A stretch of 64,000 bases of DNA. Origin: Saccostrea cucullata (taxonomy: Eukaryota). Position numbers and translations under genes: made by a program. The DNA lies in NCBI RefSeq assembly GCF_032062105.1, contig NW_026941175.1, forward strand, positions 1 through 64,000, in the 5' to 3' direction. Below are positions 25,472 to 38,457 of the stretch, piece after piece (the stretch's first letter is position 1; the number at the start of each line of letters is the position of its first letter). The notes beneath the pieces were generated by a model that was given only the letters and a program-made list of their open reading frames with translations, was not told where the DNA came from and ran no database searches.

Positions 25472-26171
25472 TTAGACATGGGGCTTCATGGATTTATGGA
25501 AAGCAGCCGTCGTTGTGGTTTCTGGTATGTCAGTGCTGGAATTCCCTTGACATTTACCATAAACAGACGTAAAAGTTGGTAAATTAATGTTTGGTACGCA
25601 TGTTAGGTTACTTGCACATGCGCATTCTGATTCGGAGACCACGGTCATGCAGTGATGGGTGTTCGTTGGAATCCGTTTGCAGTAGACGTAGGAGGCTAAG
25701 AACTGGTCTCTGACACAACAGAATCCTGCATCGCATGACCCATAACGGTCACTCATATCACAGCGTATGTTGTCCTACAACAATAAAAAAAACTATTTTA
25801 TTATCTTTGTGAACATTACAGTAAAGCAGCTGCTTAATTTTCTCTAATAAATGTACAAATAGTTTTTGACTTGGTTGTATCTTATTGCTAATAGTACATA
25901 AAGCAAAATAAGGGAAATTTATCGTAGAAGAAAGCGATTTATGATTTACAGCTACTAACAATACCTTTTTCAACTACTGTGTTAATTTATTTTAAAAAAA
26001 TCAAAATAACAACTATTCAAGAGAAATTATCCATATAAATACATCCGGGTGTTAAGAGGAAGAACATTTAAAGCAATATTTTCTAATAGATAATGAACTT
26101 ACCTGTGCATCAAGATGGATAACATTAACAAGCAGAGAAATGACAATGAGATTTATTGTTTTGGCGGCCAT
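25472..26171 (-). CDS. Secreted 10-Cys prokineticin/astakine (colipase-fold)-like protein, 123 aa
   Basis: Exon 1 26171-26103 is a signal peptide (MAAKTINLIVISLLVNVIHLDAQ|gtaagt). Exon 2 25774-25472 reads DNIRCDMSDRYGSCDAGFCCVRD..YCKRIP..HCM..ECACASNLTCVP..YGKCQ plus a Thr-rich tail. The Cys pattern C-C-CC-C-C-CxC-C-C fits the prokineticin/MIT/astakine fold. Confidence 0.82.
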
Positions 26172-27322
26172 TGTTCATTCAATAGATCTGTAAGGTAGCG
26201 CCACCTGTTCATTCACAGAATACGAAATCTAATTCAATTTCTTTATCTTGTATGATATATTCATGTATAAAATGTTTTTAAAATTATTCTGGTTAACATG
26301 TATAAATGCTCATTAATCATGGATTAATTTTAAAAAGTTAATAAAATTTTTGCCCAAATAATGAATCCGAAAGATAGCGGTAGGACTTATACAACTCACT
26401 TTGAACAATTCCGCAATTTAAAACAAAATAGAATGCTCTCAATTCGAGACAAATTCAAGTTAACGAACTTATATGAAATAGTATTTCATTCCAAAATATG
26501 CGTTAACATTGTCCATATTAACGCACCTTGAAAAAAAAACATGCACAGCTTTTTTAATATTCTTGCAAATTTAAAAATATTCTTAAATAATTATCTGAGC
26601 CAAGTTGGTTTACATTTTGGTGTTGATGTCACTGCGATCAGGATCTGAGATATGTTTAACATATGATCATTAAGAGTACGAGAAATGTGATAAAATGCAC
26701 ATTGGATCCAAGATAGTGTGCTCATTATGTATAATATATAATGCAGGGGAAAATGTTTGTTTTTTTTATCAATATTCTTATTTGTGTTGTATTTTATATT
26801 GTAAAATTACTTTGGCAAAAGCATAGTTGATTTTTTCAGAAGAGAGAAAAAGCGTCATCAAGCTTTAATTTGTGACGATGCAGACAGTGAGTGTCTAAGA
26901 AGAGATTATTCTAAATCGAAATATGTTACGTTTTCAAAAGTCTAGCGTTTTTCGTAGTTCTTGAACATTGAAATATTGATTAATTTTCATTTATATTATA
27001 TTTAGTTCTGAATTTTCACCTCTTGATCTTCTAATCAACTGGTATTGATTCAAATATCATTCTGTTCGAGACCTGTTTCTTAGCTAAATTTAGCTATATC
27101 GCTTTATACGTCTCTGATCTATACTTTTTCTACAAGTATTTTGAAGAATAAGATAAAGTGATTTTCTGATTAATTGAATATGGATGAAAGAATGTAATTT
27201 TGATATAATACAGGCAAAATTTAACTCACGTGTTACATGTAGACACTGGAATTTTATCAAAGTTTTGCAGAGGAAATAGTTTCACTGTGTAACATCCGCC
27301 CCCTAAACCACCAACTTCTTAT

Positions 27323-27462
27323 CGGTCGACAGGTGATGCTCACTCCTCCATGGCACCTGATCCAACCTCCTGTTTTGGAGGTCAGTGTTCACTCTGCTCC
27401 TTTTTTGATTTGTTTTATTGACTTTATGGACCTTGAAAACTATTTGTTAGCTCCATGTTTCA
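27323..27462 (+). mobile_element. Solo 3' terminal fragment of the Penelope-like element
   Basis: CGGTCGACAGGTGATGCTCACTCCTCCATGGCACCTGATCCAACCTC..GGAGGTC is the reverse complement of the motif at 51905-51975. Confidence 0.7.
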
Positions 27463-28429
27463 AACAAATTATTTTTTGTAACAAAAAAATCCGTTTGTCA
27501 TAAATGGCCAAATCTTGGCAAACCTATGGGTGGAAAACGATATCCTTATCCAGAATGAGCTTGGTGACCATCATACATGTATACCGGACCTTTTGACTTG
27601 GGAGCGTCGTTTAATCAATGTTGACAAAGTATTGGCGCTTCTTTTTTATGATATCTGATATGTTTAAAGTCTAAAGTAAACGATATTTAAGTGATTTTAA
27701 AATTGTATTATTGCTATGATTTTCAACATATTTTCTAAGTGTAAGATGGCGATCTTCAACATCAAATTCCAAAAAAGTAAGATCACATTTCATCCACAGG
27801 TTGTTTTCACTGGGCAACAGAACGAACATCTCTCTTCATTCACTAAAACAAGTCATTCAATTAATGACTAAGCTTCCTTCAAGTCTTTGTCTCAATGAAC
27901 CGTGTATTCAACCATTCATTGTGGTCTATTATGATTTTTCTTTGTCATGCTAAATCAAATTGTGAAAAATTTGAAGGAAAAATTAAAACTTATTCGGTTC
28001 AATTAATTCATTTTCTTAACTTATATTGATGTACGTTTTTTAGCTTTTTGAAAAAAAAAATCTTCTAAATATCTGTCCTTAAATGTTGTCGAAGCACAAC
28101 AATAACCCACGGAATAGACTGTGCAAGAGAACGTTATTTGCTGTAATCATGGTTTACATGTAATGCTGAAGTTAGCGATAATTGTTTTAAAAGAGTATAT
28201 GCAATGTTATTCAAGTGCATATTATTTCAGTGTACATTCCAGGACATACTTTAAGGACAATTCTGGTGCCATTGATTGTTTCTCTTTTTACAAGTGATGA
28301 AAGCTGATAGATTATTGATCTCAAACTACCACAACAAAAATATGTAAACTATTTAATAAAAAACTGAGCCTTTATGGTAATACAAAAGAAATAAACTTGC
28401 ATTTAATTCCAATCCCTAACTTCTGATAT

Positions 28430-28850
28430 ACATATGAAGATAACAAACAGTATTCAAGATCAGAAGTCCATAAAGCAATACAAAATAGGAGCAGAGCAAA
28501 CACGGACCTCCAAAACATCAGAAGTGTGATCAGGTGCCATGGAGGAGTGATCATCCTCTGTCGACCGGTCACACAAGCCATGTGCTCATATTGTCATGAT
28601 CGGGAAATAACGGGAAAATCGTCAATTCAGTGTATAAATAATGGACTAAAATTAGTATGAAAACCATCAGTCAGAATTTGACTCAACGATAAATTGTATT
28701 TGCTGACAAAGTCATTCTATCGACAATGAAACCTACGAAAAAAAAGTTTGTTTTTTTTAAATGAGCCTGCTATACAGTTGATGAAGGTATATTGCTACAT
28801 AAGTAAGGGACGTTGACGATAGAAAAGTTAAAGTCATCACGTTAGAAATT
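28430..28850 (-). mobile_element. Internally deleted Penelope-like retroelement fragment
   Basis: Colinear with 51835-52340, including GGACCTCCAAAACATCAGA..GATCAGGTGCCATGGAGGAG and GATGAAGG.ATATTGCTAC..GTTGA.GATAGAAAAGTT.AAGTCAT (the NFSI.N.P..SNIPSS remnant). Confidence 0.75.
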
Positions 28851-29029
28851 ACCACACTTATAAAATTCTAATGAGAGAAGACTGTCCTTGGCCGTCGAGA
28901 TTTGGTCAAAATGCTACACATTATAAAACCAAAGACTTGTAAGTTTTTAATATGATATTTATCGATATAAAAGCAAATCACATATTTATCAAACAACAAA
29001 ACCGAATTGTCAACAACTTTAGACAAATT

Positions 29030-30941
29030 TCATTTTCCAATTACGCCTGGGTTCCCTGCATTGATACGTGAATATATGTAAAGTGCTGGGTTGTGACCTT
29101 CAGGTAGTGTGTAGTAATTCTGACCGTCAGCACTCCAACAAATTGCCTCACCAAGTCCTGCATTATGATAGGGAACTTCAACGGGTGTCTTAGTCAGCGA
29201 GTTCATCACGTCACCGCCATCAATCTTCCAGTAAAAGATGTTGGATTTTGTTTTGATGAGGAGTTCGCTACCGTCCATGGAAATATCGCCAGAGACTGGG
29301 TCGTGGTGGTGGGTATGAATAGGAAGAAACTGGGTTGTATCAATATTGACTATGTTAGGACTTCCCCACGCACTCTTTGGGAGATGGGAGACCATTCCAC
29401 GTCCGCTGTATATATTTCCTACCAGGTAGACCTCCCCTTGAGGATCGACCATCAGCGTCTGCGATTCGTCCTCTGACCATCTTATGGAGAAAGTTTACTT
29501 GTAGATATTTAATTTTTCAACTGAGGATTGGGGTTTATAAATTAATTTTATTGGTATGAGCATAATTAACAAAAATACATAAAAGTAAATAATTTAGCGT
29601 TAAATTATACCATGCTTTGCTTTACTTCCTTATGTATCTTTCTACATTTAAATCATTTACTTGTACATTGTATCTGTAAGCTTTACAGTCAAAAGAAAAG
29701 ATAACTCTGTTTTACTTTATATGTCTTTTGAATGACTTTTGAAAAGCAAAAATAAAAATATGCAAACATAGGTCATGCTTTATTCTTACGTGTATCGGGC
29801 GGTGGAATCGAGGGGTAGAACTTGATCCATGTTCATATTCATAACATCGGGCTCGAGCACTCTATAGATTGTGTTGGCGGATGTGGAATGTCTGTTACCA
29901 GAGTCGGCAATGTAAATGCAACTAGAATCTCCACACGGACCTACTGCAATGTCCTCCCAGTCATGATTCGTGGCATTAGCAATCCTCAATGTCGCGATCA
30001 GAGCCCCGGATGTTGCGTTTATAGCGTAGATATTAGGGCCACCTGCTCCGTCGTTGTGGGTGTATAGGACATTTTTGAATGTTCGGCTGGCTGCTAGCCC
30101 GGATGCATCGCTTAGGTTTCGGAAGATGACATGAGCCACAAGTTTACCAGCAGCAAATGCTGGAACTAAAAAATTTCATCGGACATCTTTTTGATATCAC
30201 TTGGAGGAATCTAACATTATTATAATGTAATCTTTACATGCCACACTAGTAATAAACTAATGTCGAACATTCAAGGAATTTAAATACTGAATGAAAATTT
30301 AAAATTCAGAAAAGGGAAACATGTGCTCTTGAATTTCTTATTTAATCATTTCTTGCAATTCATGTTAGGTTAATGTAACAGCGTAATTTTATGCTGAATG
30401 CCTATCTTTATTTTTTTTTTTCAATATTGTGTAAACAACGTTAAGTCTTTGAGATTTGAAATCTGGCCTAATTTTTGACTTCTATTGTCAAGCTCAAATC
30501 CGTCAGAGCACATCTGAGTTTATGCATTTCAACAATGTTTAAAACAAGGGTAAAACTTTCCAACCTCTTGAATTTTGAATAAAATCTAAATTTAGGCTTA
30601 ATTGTTCATATATTGAACAAAATGAAGAATAAGTTTCTCTTACAGTCATTTTACTTTTACAAAAAAATATGATTTTTACACAATACAAATTTTCTCTTAA
30701 GAACGAAAGTAATACGCGAGGGCCTGAATTGTAGACACTTTATTAAGATTTCTTTTGATGAGAAGAAGAAAAAGAACAATTCATGTCAAAACATGTTTAA
30801 AAAATACATATTTTTAAAGAATATGATGAAAACAACAATTACATTAATCAATAGTTTACCTTCTAATTGGTCTATGGCCTGTCGTTTCAGTGCCAGTGAC
30901 GCTGTAATGCTCAGCAACAGACAAAGAAACACGCCGGCCAT
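29030..30941 (-). CDS. Secreted DWEDIA-motif (bacterial-like, predicted beta-propeller) protein, copy 1, 300 aa
   Basis: Exons 30941-30860 (signal MAGVFLCLLLSITASLALKRQAIDQLE), 30159-29790 (..DASGLAASRTFKNVLYTHNDG..DWEDIAVGPCGDSSCIYIADSG..) and 29480-29030 (WSEDESQTLMVDPQG..VSGDISMDG..GEAICWSADGQNYYTLPEG..GVIGK*). Phase 1 and 2 introns, open frame. Confidence 0.9.
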
Positions 30942-31179
30942 GTTTGTGTCGGTAGAATCGTGCAAAGATAACGGGGACCTTGACCTTGTCAGAGATTTGT
31001 ATATCATAACGGTCACGATGGAATATACTGTTATAAAGTTATCAACTTGAAGCTAGTCAGGCAAGAGAGCTAGACGTTTTGTTGTTTAAAACAATAATAT
31101 GTGTTGTGTTTTTACTAAACCACATCTTTCAAATATTGTATGTTTGTCCTCTCCCGATTTAAGGTAAAAATGAAATTTA

Positions 31180-31585
31180 AAACAAGAGGCCCAGGGGCAA
31201 AATCGCTCACATGAGCACTGGCTACGAAAAAAAAAACACAAAACTTAGATCGACCATTGTTGCCCCACCCTACTAATAATGTTCAGGTTTCGGACAATCT
31301 TAAATACACTCCACCTGAGGATGCTTCGATATAAAAAAAAACAATCATAGCTTTGCTATTCTTGTGACGAAGATTTTAAGAGATTATCCCAATACATCCC
31401 TATGTGAAAATTAGATCGCCCATTGTGGTCCCCGACCTACTCCCGGAGTAAATGATTTGAAGAAACTTGAATCTACACCTCATATAAAAATGACAAATCA
31501 TGACTTTGTTGTTTTGATCAGACGATTTTTAAAGATTATCCCTACACATTTCTATGTAAAAGCCTAAAGATCAGGTGAGCTAAAA
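31180..31585 (-). mobile_element. Degenerate HINE with Cg170-like monomers upstream of copy 1
   Basis: AACAAGAGGCCCAGGGGC..CGCTCAC.TGAGC start, ~2 eroded monomers (CTTGAATCTACAC, ACCTGAGGATG) and TCAGGTGAGCTAAAA end. Same family as 43104-44570. Confidence 0.75.
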
Positions 31586-31791
31586 TAGATGATCGAAAGG
31601 TAGGAAGGTTTAATTCTTTAACAAATAGATTAATGATGGGATAATAGAGGACAAAATATATTCATCGTTTTCTGATGATCAACAAAGATTTGAAAAGGAC
31701 CATCAATCTGGATAGGGCAAACGATCATTTTTTAAGATGGCCCAAACTTCAACAACGCGTTTTCATGTAAAGTCTAGCATAAAAAAATAAG

Positions 31792-32539
31792 TACTGTAAA
31801 ACGAGAATATTTGGCGCACTACTTATTTTAGCCCCTTTGGTGCAAGAGCCCCTGAGCGCTAAAATTTATTCTGGGCTAAAGGATTTCTTAATATCATTTT
31901 TTGTGTGTGTTGAAAGCTTTTACATAAGAACATGTAAACCGGAACACGCGATTACGTAATGTCGAAGGGTCACTAGTACTGCACATGTTCGGAAGACAGA
32001 AAGTTCTGTCAAATTATAATTTAATTAAATTATTGTTACCCCAGTAGTTGTTACACGATTATTATCATTAGCAACTTCATAGTTTGGATTCTCGGCGTGT
32101 CAATCATCTATCGCCTCGAGGTAAACAATACAATCAAGCATGGCGATTGAGCTTGCTGACAATACCTGATTAGGATTACCGTTTTATCAAAGTAATTTTC
32201 TGTCGATGCATGCATTGTTTTAATATGCTTTTAAATGAGTAAATACTCCATTTCTTTAAATAGAAAATGGAAATGAAATTAATATTTAATATTGTGCCAC
32301 GTCCTTGTGATAGCAACAGGTACAGCGGTAAAGTTAACGAATGTTTACTGATATACAGAAGTACTAATGTGTTTCCGTGCTTGACTAACCAAAAGGTCAA
32401 ATACGGGTGTGGATAAAAAAAATATCAAATTCATATATTTTACTGACAAGTGCAAGCGCTAAAATTTATTTGCGCTAATGCATTCCCACTTGCGTTTGCG
32501 CTAAAATATGTATGCGGCAAATTTTCTCGTTTTACAGTA
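31792..32539. mobile_element. TA-flanked non-autonomous DNA transposon (MITE), ~750 bp
   Basis: Near-perfect TIRs TACTGTAAAACGAGAATATTTG / CAAATTTTCTCGTTTTACAGTA and subterminal GCGCTAAAAT repeats. Confidence 0.85.
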
Positions 32540-32559
32540 TTTCGATAAGGTCCCAGAAA

Positions 32560-34660
32560 CTACAGTTTAAGTGCAGGGAAATAAAAAAGCGACAAAATCT
32601 TGAGTATTTTGTAAGATTCCCTGAAGTTGCAGAAGATACAACTCATTGAAGCATGGGGAGATCTGATCACTCTCCTTACTATAATTTGTTTTTGTTCAAA
32701 GCTCTCTTTCTCTTTCTTTTAGTTCCAAGCTCTTTCTCTCTCTCTCCTTCTCTCTCTATCTCTCTCTCAAATTAGGTCTAAATCTTTAAGGGTATTAAGT
32801 CATTGTCATGAAAGAGCCAATACAAAGAGAAACTAGACATACACTGAATAGAATACCGGCGTAAAAATAGATTTATGTTCACTTGACAAATGGTCAATAA
32901 AGGGTCTATGATTGACAACAATAAATATTTGCATATCAGCAGATTGTTGGATTAATCTACATTTGTCCCATAATAGAAAATTGTGGATGTTTACGGTATG
33001 ACATGCATATGTAGGCCAAATTAATAAACTTATTGAACTGATAAAATCAATATAATTATGAAGTCAACTGGATAGATCACTTTTCCCCCACTTTCTCACA
33101 AAGTAGAAGTAAAACGTATAAAAGGATCCATTAGGTTTATTTTTCAGGAACAGGAATTTTACTAATTTTTGTCCCACTCCAGGGGTAAGGGGTATATGTA
33201 ATCATTCGAAAAAAAAAATAAGGTGAATGTGCACAATGAAATGATAAGAAGAATTATGCTTGCGGAAAACAAGTATTGATAAGTTTGATAAATTAATGTC
33301 AAATTGAATCAATGTCAATTGCACATATTTAAACAGACGAGTGTTCCTAATATGAACAACACTTGAGATTTTAAACTAACGCGTACTTGTGCATCTACTT
33401 TGACGTACACGTACACGCTTTTAGTAATTTGTTTGTTGATATTTTTATAATGTATATCATGTACGAGTACACCGTAATCGGAGTCTCAGTAACAACATTT
33501 CAATTTTGTTACGTCATGCTGATTTTATGCATTCAACGAAACACGATTAAAATAAGTGCTCATGAAACTAAACGTCTTAAATAATATACAACAACTACAT
33601 TTCACATAAATTGACCTATTTAATTATCAAAGCTACACGTTTTTCTTACGTTTAGATGCCATTCTACAGGTTCTAAAGACGTATAGAAAACTTGTCATCA
33701 CTAAAATTGATGACGTTATACGCGAGGAATTTAGGTAATTCAATTATAAGACGTATCTGTACACGTACACTTATGAAATTTCAACCTCTCAATTCTACTC
33801 AAGAGATTTTGATAATATTTTTTACAATATCTACTGTTATATTTATTGTTTTAAGATTTAAAAAAAACGAATGTGCACCATCCTGATTTCTTAGGGGCAT
33901 CTCAAAAGTTATCAAATTTAAGAATTGGACCCTATGGGAATTTTTTTGTCAAAAAGCGTCAGCGTTTCACATTTTCCCAATATTTTTTGGTATTTCTGAC
34001 TAAGGAATTTCTTTTGCAATCAAGTAAAAGAAAATTACAATAAAAAAGTGACCAATTGGTAAAAGTTTATCACCTAGGTTGGTCTAGGAATTCATAATTA
34101 ACTTTTCATTTTATAAAGGCTAATACCTCTAAAATTGCCATATTACGGTATAAATACATATCAGTGCAGATAAATTATCGGTGCATACGATTTTTTCGAA
34201 AAAAAATAGCAATGTTTAGATTTCTAATGCGTTTATTTGGATGTTCTGTCATCAGTTTTAAGAACAAAATCCATCTTGAACATACAAGCAAGCCATGCGT
34301 CATTCTTTAGCGACATACATTGTTTAGAAAATTGGAAAATTGTGGAGTTGTTAGAGCCGTTTTAGCGGGGTTTTTTTTACAATCATATTGTCGTGAAATC
34401 ACATTTGCAAACCAGTAGGAATTCCAGATAATGTTATTTTTGTATTAAAATCAAAACATTCAGCAAAGGTGTTCTCTTTGCACAAAGGACAACATGAATT
34501 TAAAAAAAAAAAAAAAAAAAAAAGCTGCGCATAGTTATGCACACTCAAATTAGACTGGGCCTAGTTAATATCTTTAATTCGTAATATTTTCATTTTGAAG
34601 AATAAAGACTGCTATGTACATGTGCTTAAGTTGAATAAATGGAAAGCAATAGGAACATAA
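32560..34660. repeat. 3' flanking block of the tandem duplication unit (homologous to ~42470-45990 and ~55670-56840)
   Basis: Shared anchors TTATGTTCAC.TG.CA, ACTAATTTTT..CCCAC, GAATGTGCACA.TGAAATGATA, AATTGG.CCCT.TGGGAA.TTT and CATCTTGAACA occur in all three blocks in the same order. Confidence 0.8.
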
Positions 34661-34663
34661 CTG

Positions 34664-37600
34664 TCACTTTCCGATAAGATTTCCAACTATATCCGGACTT
34701 CTAGTATTATTCCGGGTATATATGTAAAGTGGTGGATTGTGACCTTCGGGCAGTGTGTAGTAATTCTGACCGTCAGCACTCCAACAAACTGCCTGTGAGT
34801 CACCATTTCCTTCATAATGATAGGGAACTTCAACGGGTGTCGTAGTCAATGATCCCAATACGTCACTGCCCTCAATTCTCCAGTAAAAGATGTGGTATTT
34901 TGATTTGATAAGGAGTTTGCTACCGTCCATGGAAATATCGCCAGAGACTGGGTCATGGTGGTCGGTATTAATGGGAAGAAACTGTGATGAATCAATATTG
35001 ACTGGGTTAGGGCTTCCCCACGCGCTTTTTGGGAGATGGGAGACCATTCCACGCCCGCTGCATACATACCCTATAAGGTAGACCTCCCCTTTGGGATCGA
35101 CCATCAACGTCTCTGATTGCTCCTCCGACCATCTTAAGTAAAAAAAAATAATTATCATTATTTGAATTCTATTTTAAGATTTACGTTTAGAAATTAAATA
35201 ACCTGATTAAAAACACGTACACTTAAATAAAGAAACCATATATATGTAATACCATTGTATGCTTAACTTTCTAATATCTCTTGCTATATCATTTACATTT
35301 AAGATGTAATGTCTTTGATTTATACTGAATATTATCAGCAATGCATCTTACTTCAAACAAGCGTATCTTTTGACTCTTTTTGAATCTTTTAGTTTTACAG
35401 CTGTATTGTCAAAATGGAATCATTTTTTGTTGAAAATGACTTATTTTGCTTTTAATTGCCTCATTTCTGAATGAGATAAGGTTAAAAGATAACTTTAACT
35501 GAATATACGCCTTTTTCTGGAATAACTTTATAAAAGAAATAGGTAATTGAAATATACAAACAGATGTCAATCTTTTTTCTCACGTGTATTGAGCAATAGA
35601 ATCGAGGGGTAGATCTTGATCCATGCTCCTGATAATGAAATCGGGCTCAAGCACTCTGTAAATTGTGTTGGCTGATGATTTGGAATGATAATTCTGGCCA
35701 GAGTCAGCAATGTAAATACAGGTAGAGTTTCCACACGGACCAACAGCAATATCCTCCCAATCATGGTTCTTGGCATTTGCAATCCTAAATGTCGCGATCA
35801 GAGACCCAGATGTTTCGTTTATTGCGTAGATATAGGGGCCCCCGCCTCCATCACTGTGGGTGTAAAGGACATTTTTGAATTTTCGACTGGCTGCTAGTCC
35901 GGATGCATCGTCAAGGTCTTTGAAGATGACATGACCCACAAGTTTACCAGCAGCAAAATCTAGGAGTTATCAAAATCCTACTTTAATAATTTATGGCAAA
36001 GTATTTTTCACCGTTCTGACAATAAACTTTTCCAACAAATGTTAATTCATTTTTTTTATTTTTATGTTCCCCAAACGAAGTTGGGGAACATATTGTTTTT
36101 ACTCTGTTTTTTATTATTATTATTCTTATTTTTCTTCCTGGGAAAATTTTGTCCGCGAGTGATCTTGTAAACTACACATCAGACTAAGGTGAAATGTTTT
36201 TAGGGTCAGTAGACATGTAATGTAGATTTGCGGAACGAAGGTCATTTTCGGCGCACGTGCTTGCAAGAGCGCGCACGTGCAACATGATAAATGACCGATT
36301 ACATTGATATAGATGTAACTTTTTAAATTTTTGATGAAATGCTTTAGAACTCATAATATAAGGATACATTAGAAGTATAGACAATACGACATGGTCAAAA
36401 TAGCAAGATCTCACGCGCATGCACGTGCGCTGCACTCTGATTGGCTGAAACAAAAATCTCAATATCTTTTTTGTCTTTTGACGAAATGCTTTGAAATTTT
36501 GATTATAGCCATGCATTAGGATATCCTACAATATGATATATGGCAATTATCATGAAAACACGTGCATGCACGTGCGCTGCAATCTGATTGGCTTAAACTT
36601 TAAATAGCTATAACTCATTTGGATTTCAACCAAAGACGATGGGATTTGAAATATAGATAGAAATTATGAACTACTACAAGAAGGTATGGTAACCATGCAC
36701 ATGGATACACGTGCATGTACGTGCGCTGCAATCTGATTGGCTGAAACTTTAAACAGCTATAACTCCCTTGGTTTCCAACCAAACAGGATGTGATTTGGAA
36801 CATAGATAGATATAATGGACTACTACAAGAAAGGTATGGTCACCATGCACATGCGCACGTGCGTGTACGTGCGCTGCAATCTAATTGGCTGAAACTTTTA
36901 ACAGGTATAACGCCCTTGGTTTTCAACTATATGGGGTGGGATTTAGAACATAGATAGATGTAATGATCTTCTACAAGAAGGTATGGTCACCGTGCTCATG
37001 TATGCACGTGCGTGCACGTGAAATGAACAAAATCAAAAATACACTTGAATGAACGTAGTTTTATTACTTTTGGATTAAATACTTTAATTTTTAGTTTATT
37101 AAAATATATGGATTGTGTAGACAAAATGATATGGTCATTACGCACAGGCATTCGCATGCCCACGCATGCAATGCTAAAATTTGAATGAACTTCGTACACT
37201 TCCAGGTAAATGTTAAAGTCTCAAAAACATAGAGTTTGTCTTATTTAATGAAGCTTACAGGTAATATGGCACAAAAAGAGAGTTGGGGAGCGTTTGGGGA
37301 ACATCTGTAACGGTTCCCGTTACGATTAGCACTAGTTAGAATTGTTTTGTATAGTTAACATTTAGTCTTTGAGACTGAACACCTTGCCTAGTTTCTAAAC
37401 TTTTATTGTACACATAAGTATTTATACCTAAGCGCAAATCTGAAGCCATGCATAATAACAATGTATCTCTAAAAGGTTAATCTAACCAACCTTTTGCTTT
37501 TTTAAAAATGTTATCTTAGGTTTAATGTTCATATATAGAAGATTTTTTTTATTTACTTTTATACTAGTTTAATAAAAAAAAAACACAAAAAACCCCCCAA

Positions 37601-37867
37601 AATATTATTTTTGCACATTAGAAAATAACTCTTAATAGCGAATATTGAGATGATGGCAAACCCTTTTTAAAGATTGTATAGCTGAGAGAAAAAGGAATTA
37701 TTCATATTAAAATATGTAAAAAGTACACAATTCCAAAGATTATGAAATAAAAACATTCTTTCAATTAATTCAATGAATTATTTACCCTCTGAATTGTCTA
37801 TTGCCTGACACCTCAGCGCCAATGAGACTGCGATGCTCAGTAGCAGACAAAGATACACGTCGGCCAT
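34664..37867 (-). CDS. Secreted DWEDIA-motif protein, copy 2, 308 aa
   Basis: Exons 37867-37786 (MADVYLCLLLSIAVSLALRCQAIDNSE), 35959-35584 and 35132-34664 (..PDIVGNLIGK*). Same intron positions and phases as copy 1, open frame. Confidence 0.9.
36061..37337 (+). mobile_element. Non-autonomous Helentron/Helitron-type element with internal ~148-bp tandem repeats, in intron 1 of copy 2
   Basis: 5' hairpin ATGTTCCCCAAACGAAGTTGGGGAACAT, 3' sub-TIR GGGGAACAT plus hairpin GTAACGGTTCCCGTTAC and CTAGTT end. ACGTGCGCTGCA.TCT.ATTGGCT repeats near 36421, 36568, 36718 and 36866. Absent from the same T-tract in copies 3 and 4. Confidence 0.85.
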
Positions 37868-38099
37868 GTTTGTGTCGGTAGAACCGTTCACAGATAACGG
37901 GGACCTTGATCCTTGTCAGAAGTTGGAATTACGTAATGGTCAAGATGGAATATATTGATATGAAGATATCAAGCTAGTCAGGCAAGAGTGATGTTTTTGT
38001 TGTGAAACATCATTAATTTTTGTGATATTTTATTAACCATAGTATCTTAAAAATAATATGTGTTTTCCCCTTCCCGATTCAGAGTAAAAAGATTTTTTT

Positions 38100-38290
38100 A
38101 AAGAAGAGGCCCAGTGGCCACATCGCTCACCCGAGCACTAAAAAAACCTTGATCGACCATAGTGGCCCCATCCAACCCCTACGGTTCATCCTGTGGTATA
38201 TATGAAAAGACGAATCATAGCTTTGCTGTTCTTGAGAAGTGCATTTTCCGAGTATATCATCTTCCTGTGTAACATTTTCATCGACGACAA
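38100..38290 (-). mobile_element. Truncated HINE upstream of copy 2
   Basis: AAGAGGCCCAGTGGCCACATCGCTCACCCGAGCAC terminus at the same position relative to the gene as 31180, 48100 and 62812. Confidence 0.65.
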
Positions 38291-38457
38291 CACTTTAAGC
38301 AGGGGAAAAAACTAAAAAAAAATGTTAAGAATTTTGACGAAGTTGCAGAAGATACATTTTAAGTGTGGGGAAAAAGAGCTACAAAATGTTAGGTATTTTT
38401 ACAAAGTCCCAGAAGTTACAGTAGATACAAATCATTGAAGAATAAGAAGGAGGTCTG

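Noticed and set aside
29165-30067. + strand ORFs overlapping DWEDIA exons (also 22909-23268, 34890-35081, 35685-35897, 46910-47116, 61690-62117)
   Set aside because: Antisense shadows of real exons with no independent protein features.
36184-37199. ORFs with repeated FQPIR.QRT.M motifs
   Set aside because: Translations of the 148-bp tandem repeat inside a non-autonomous element.
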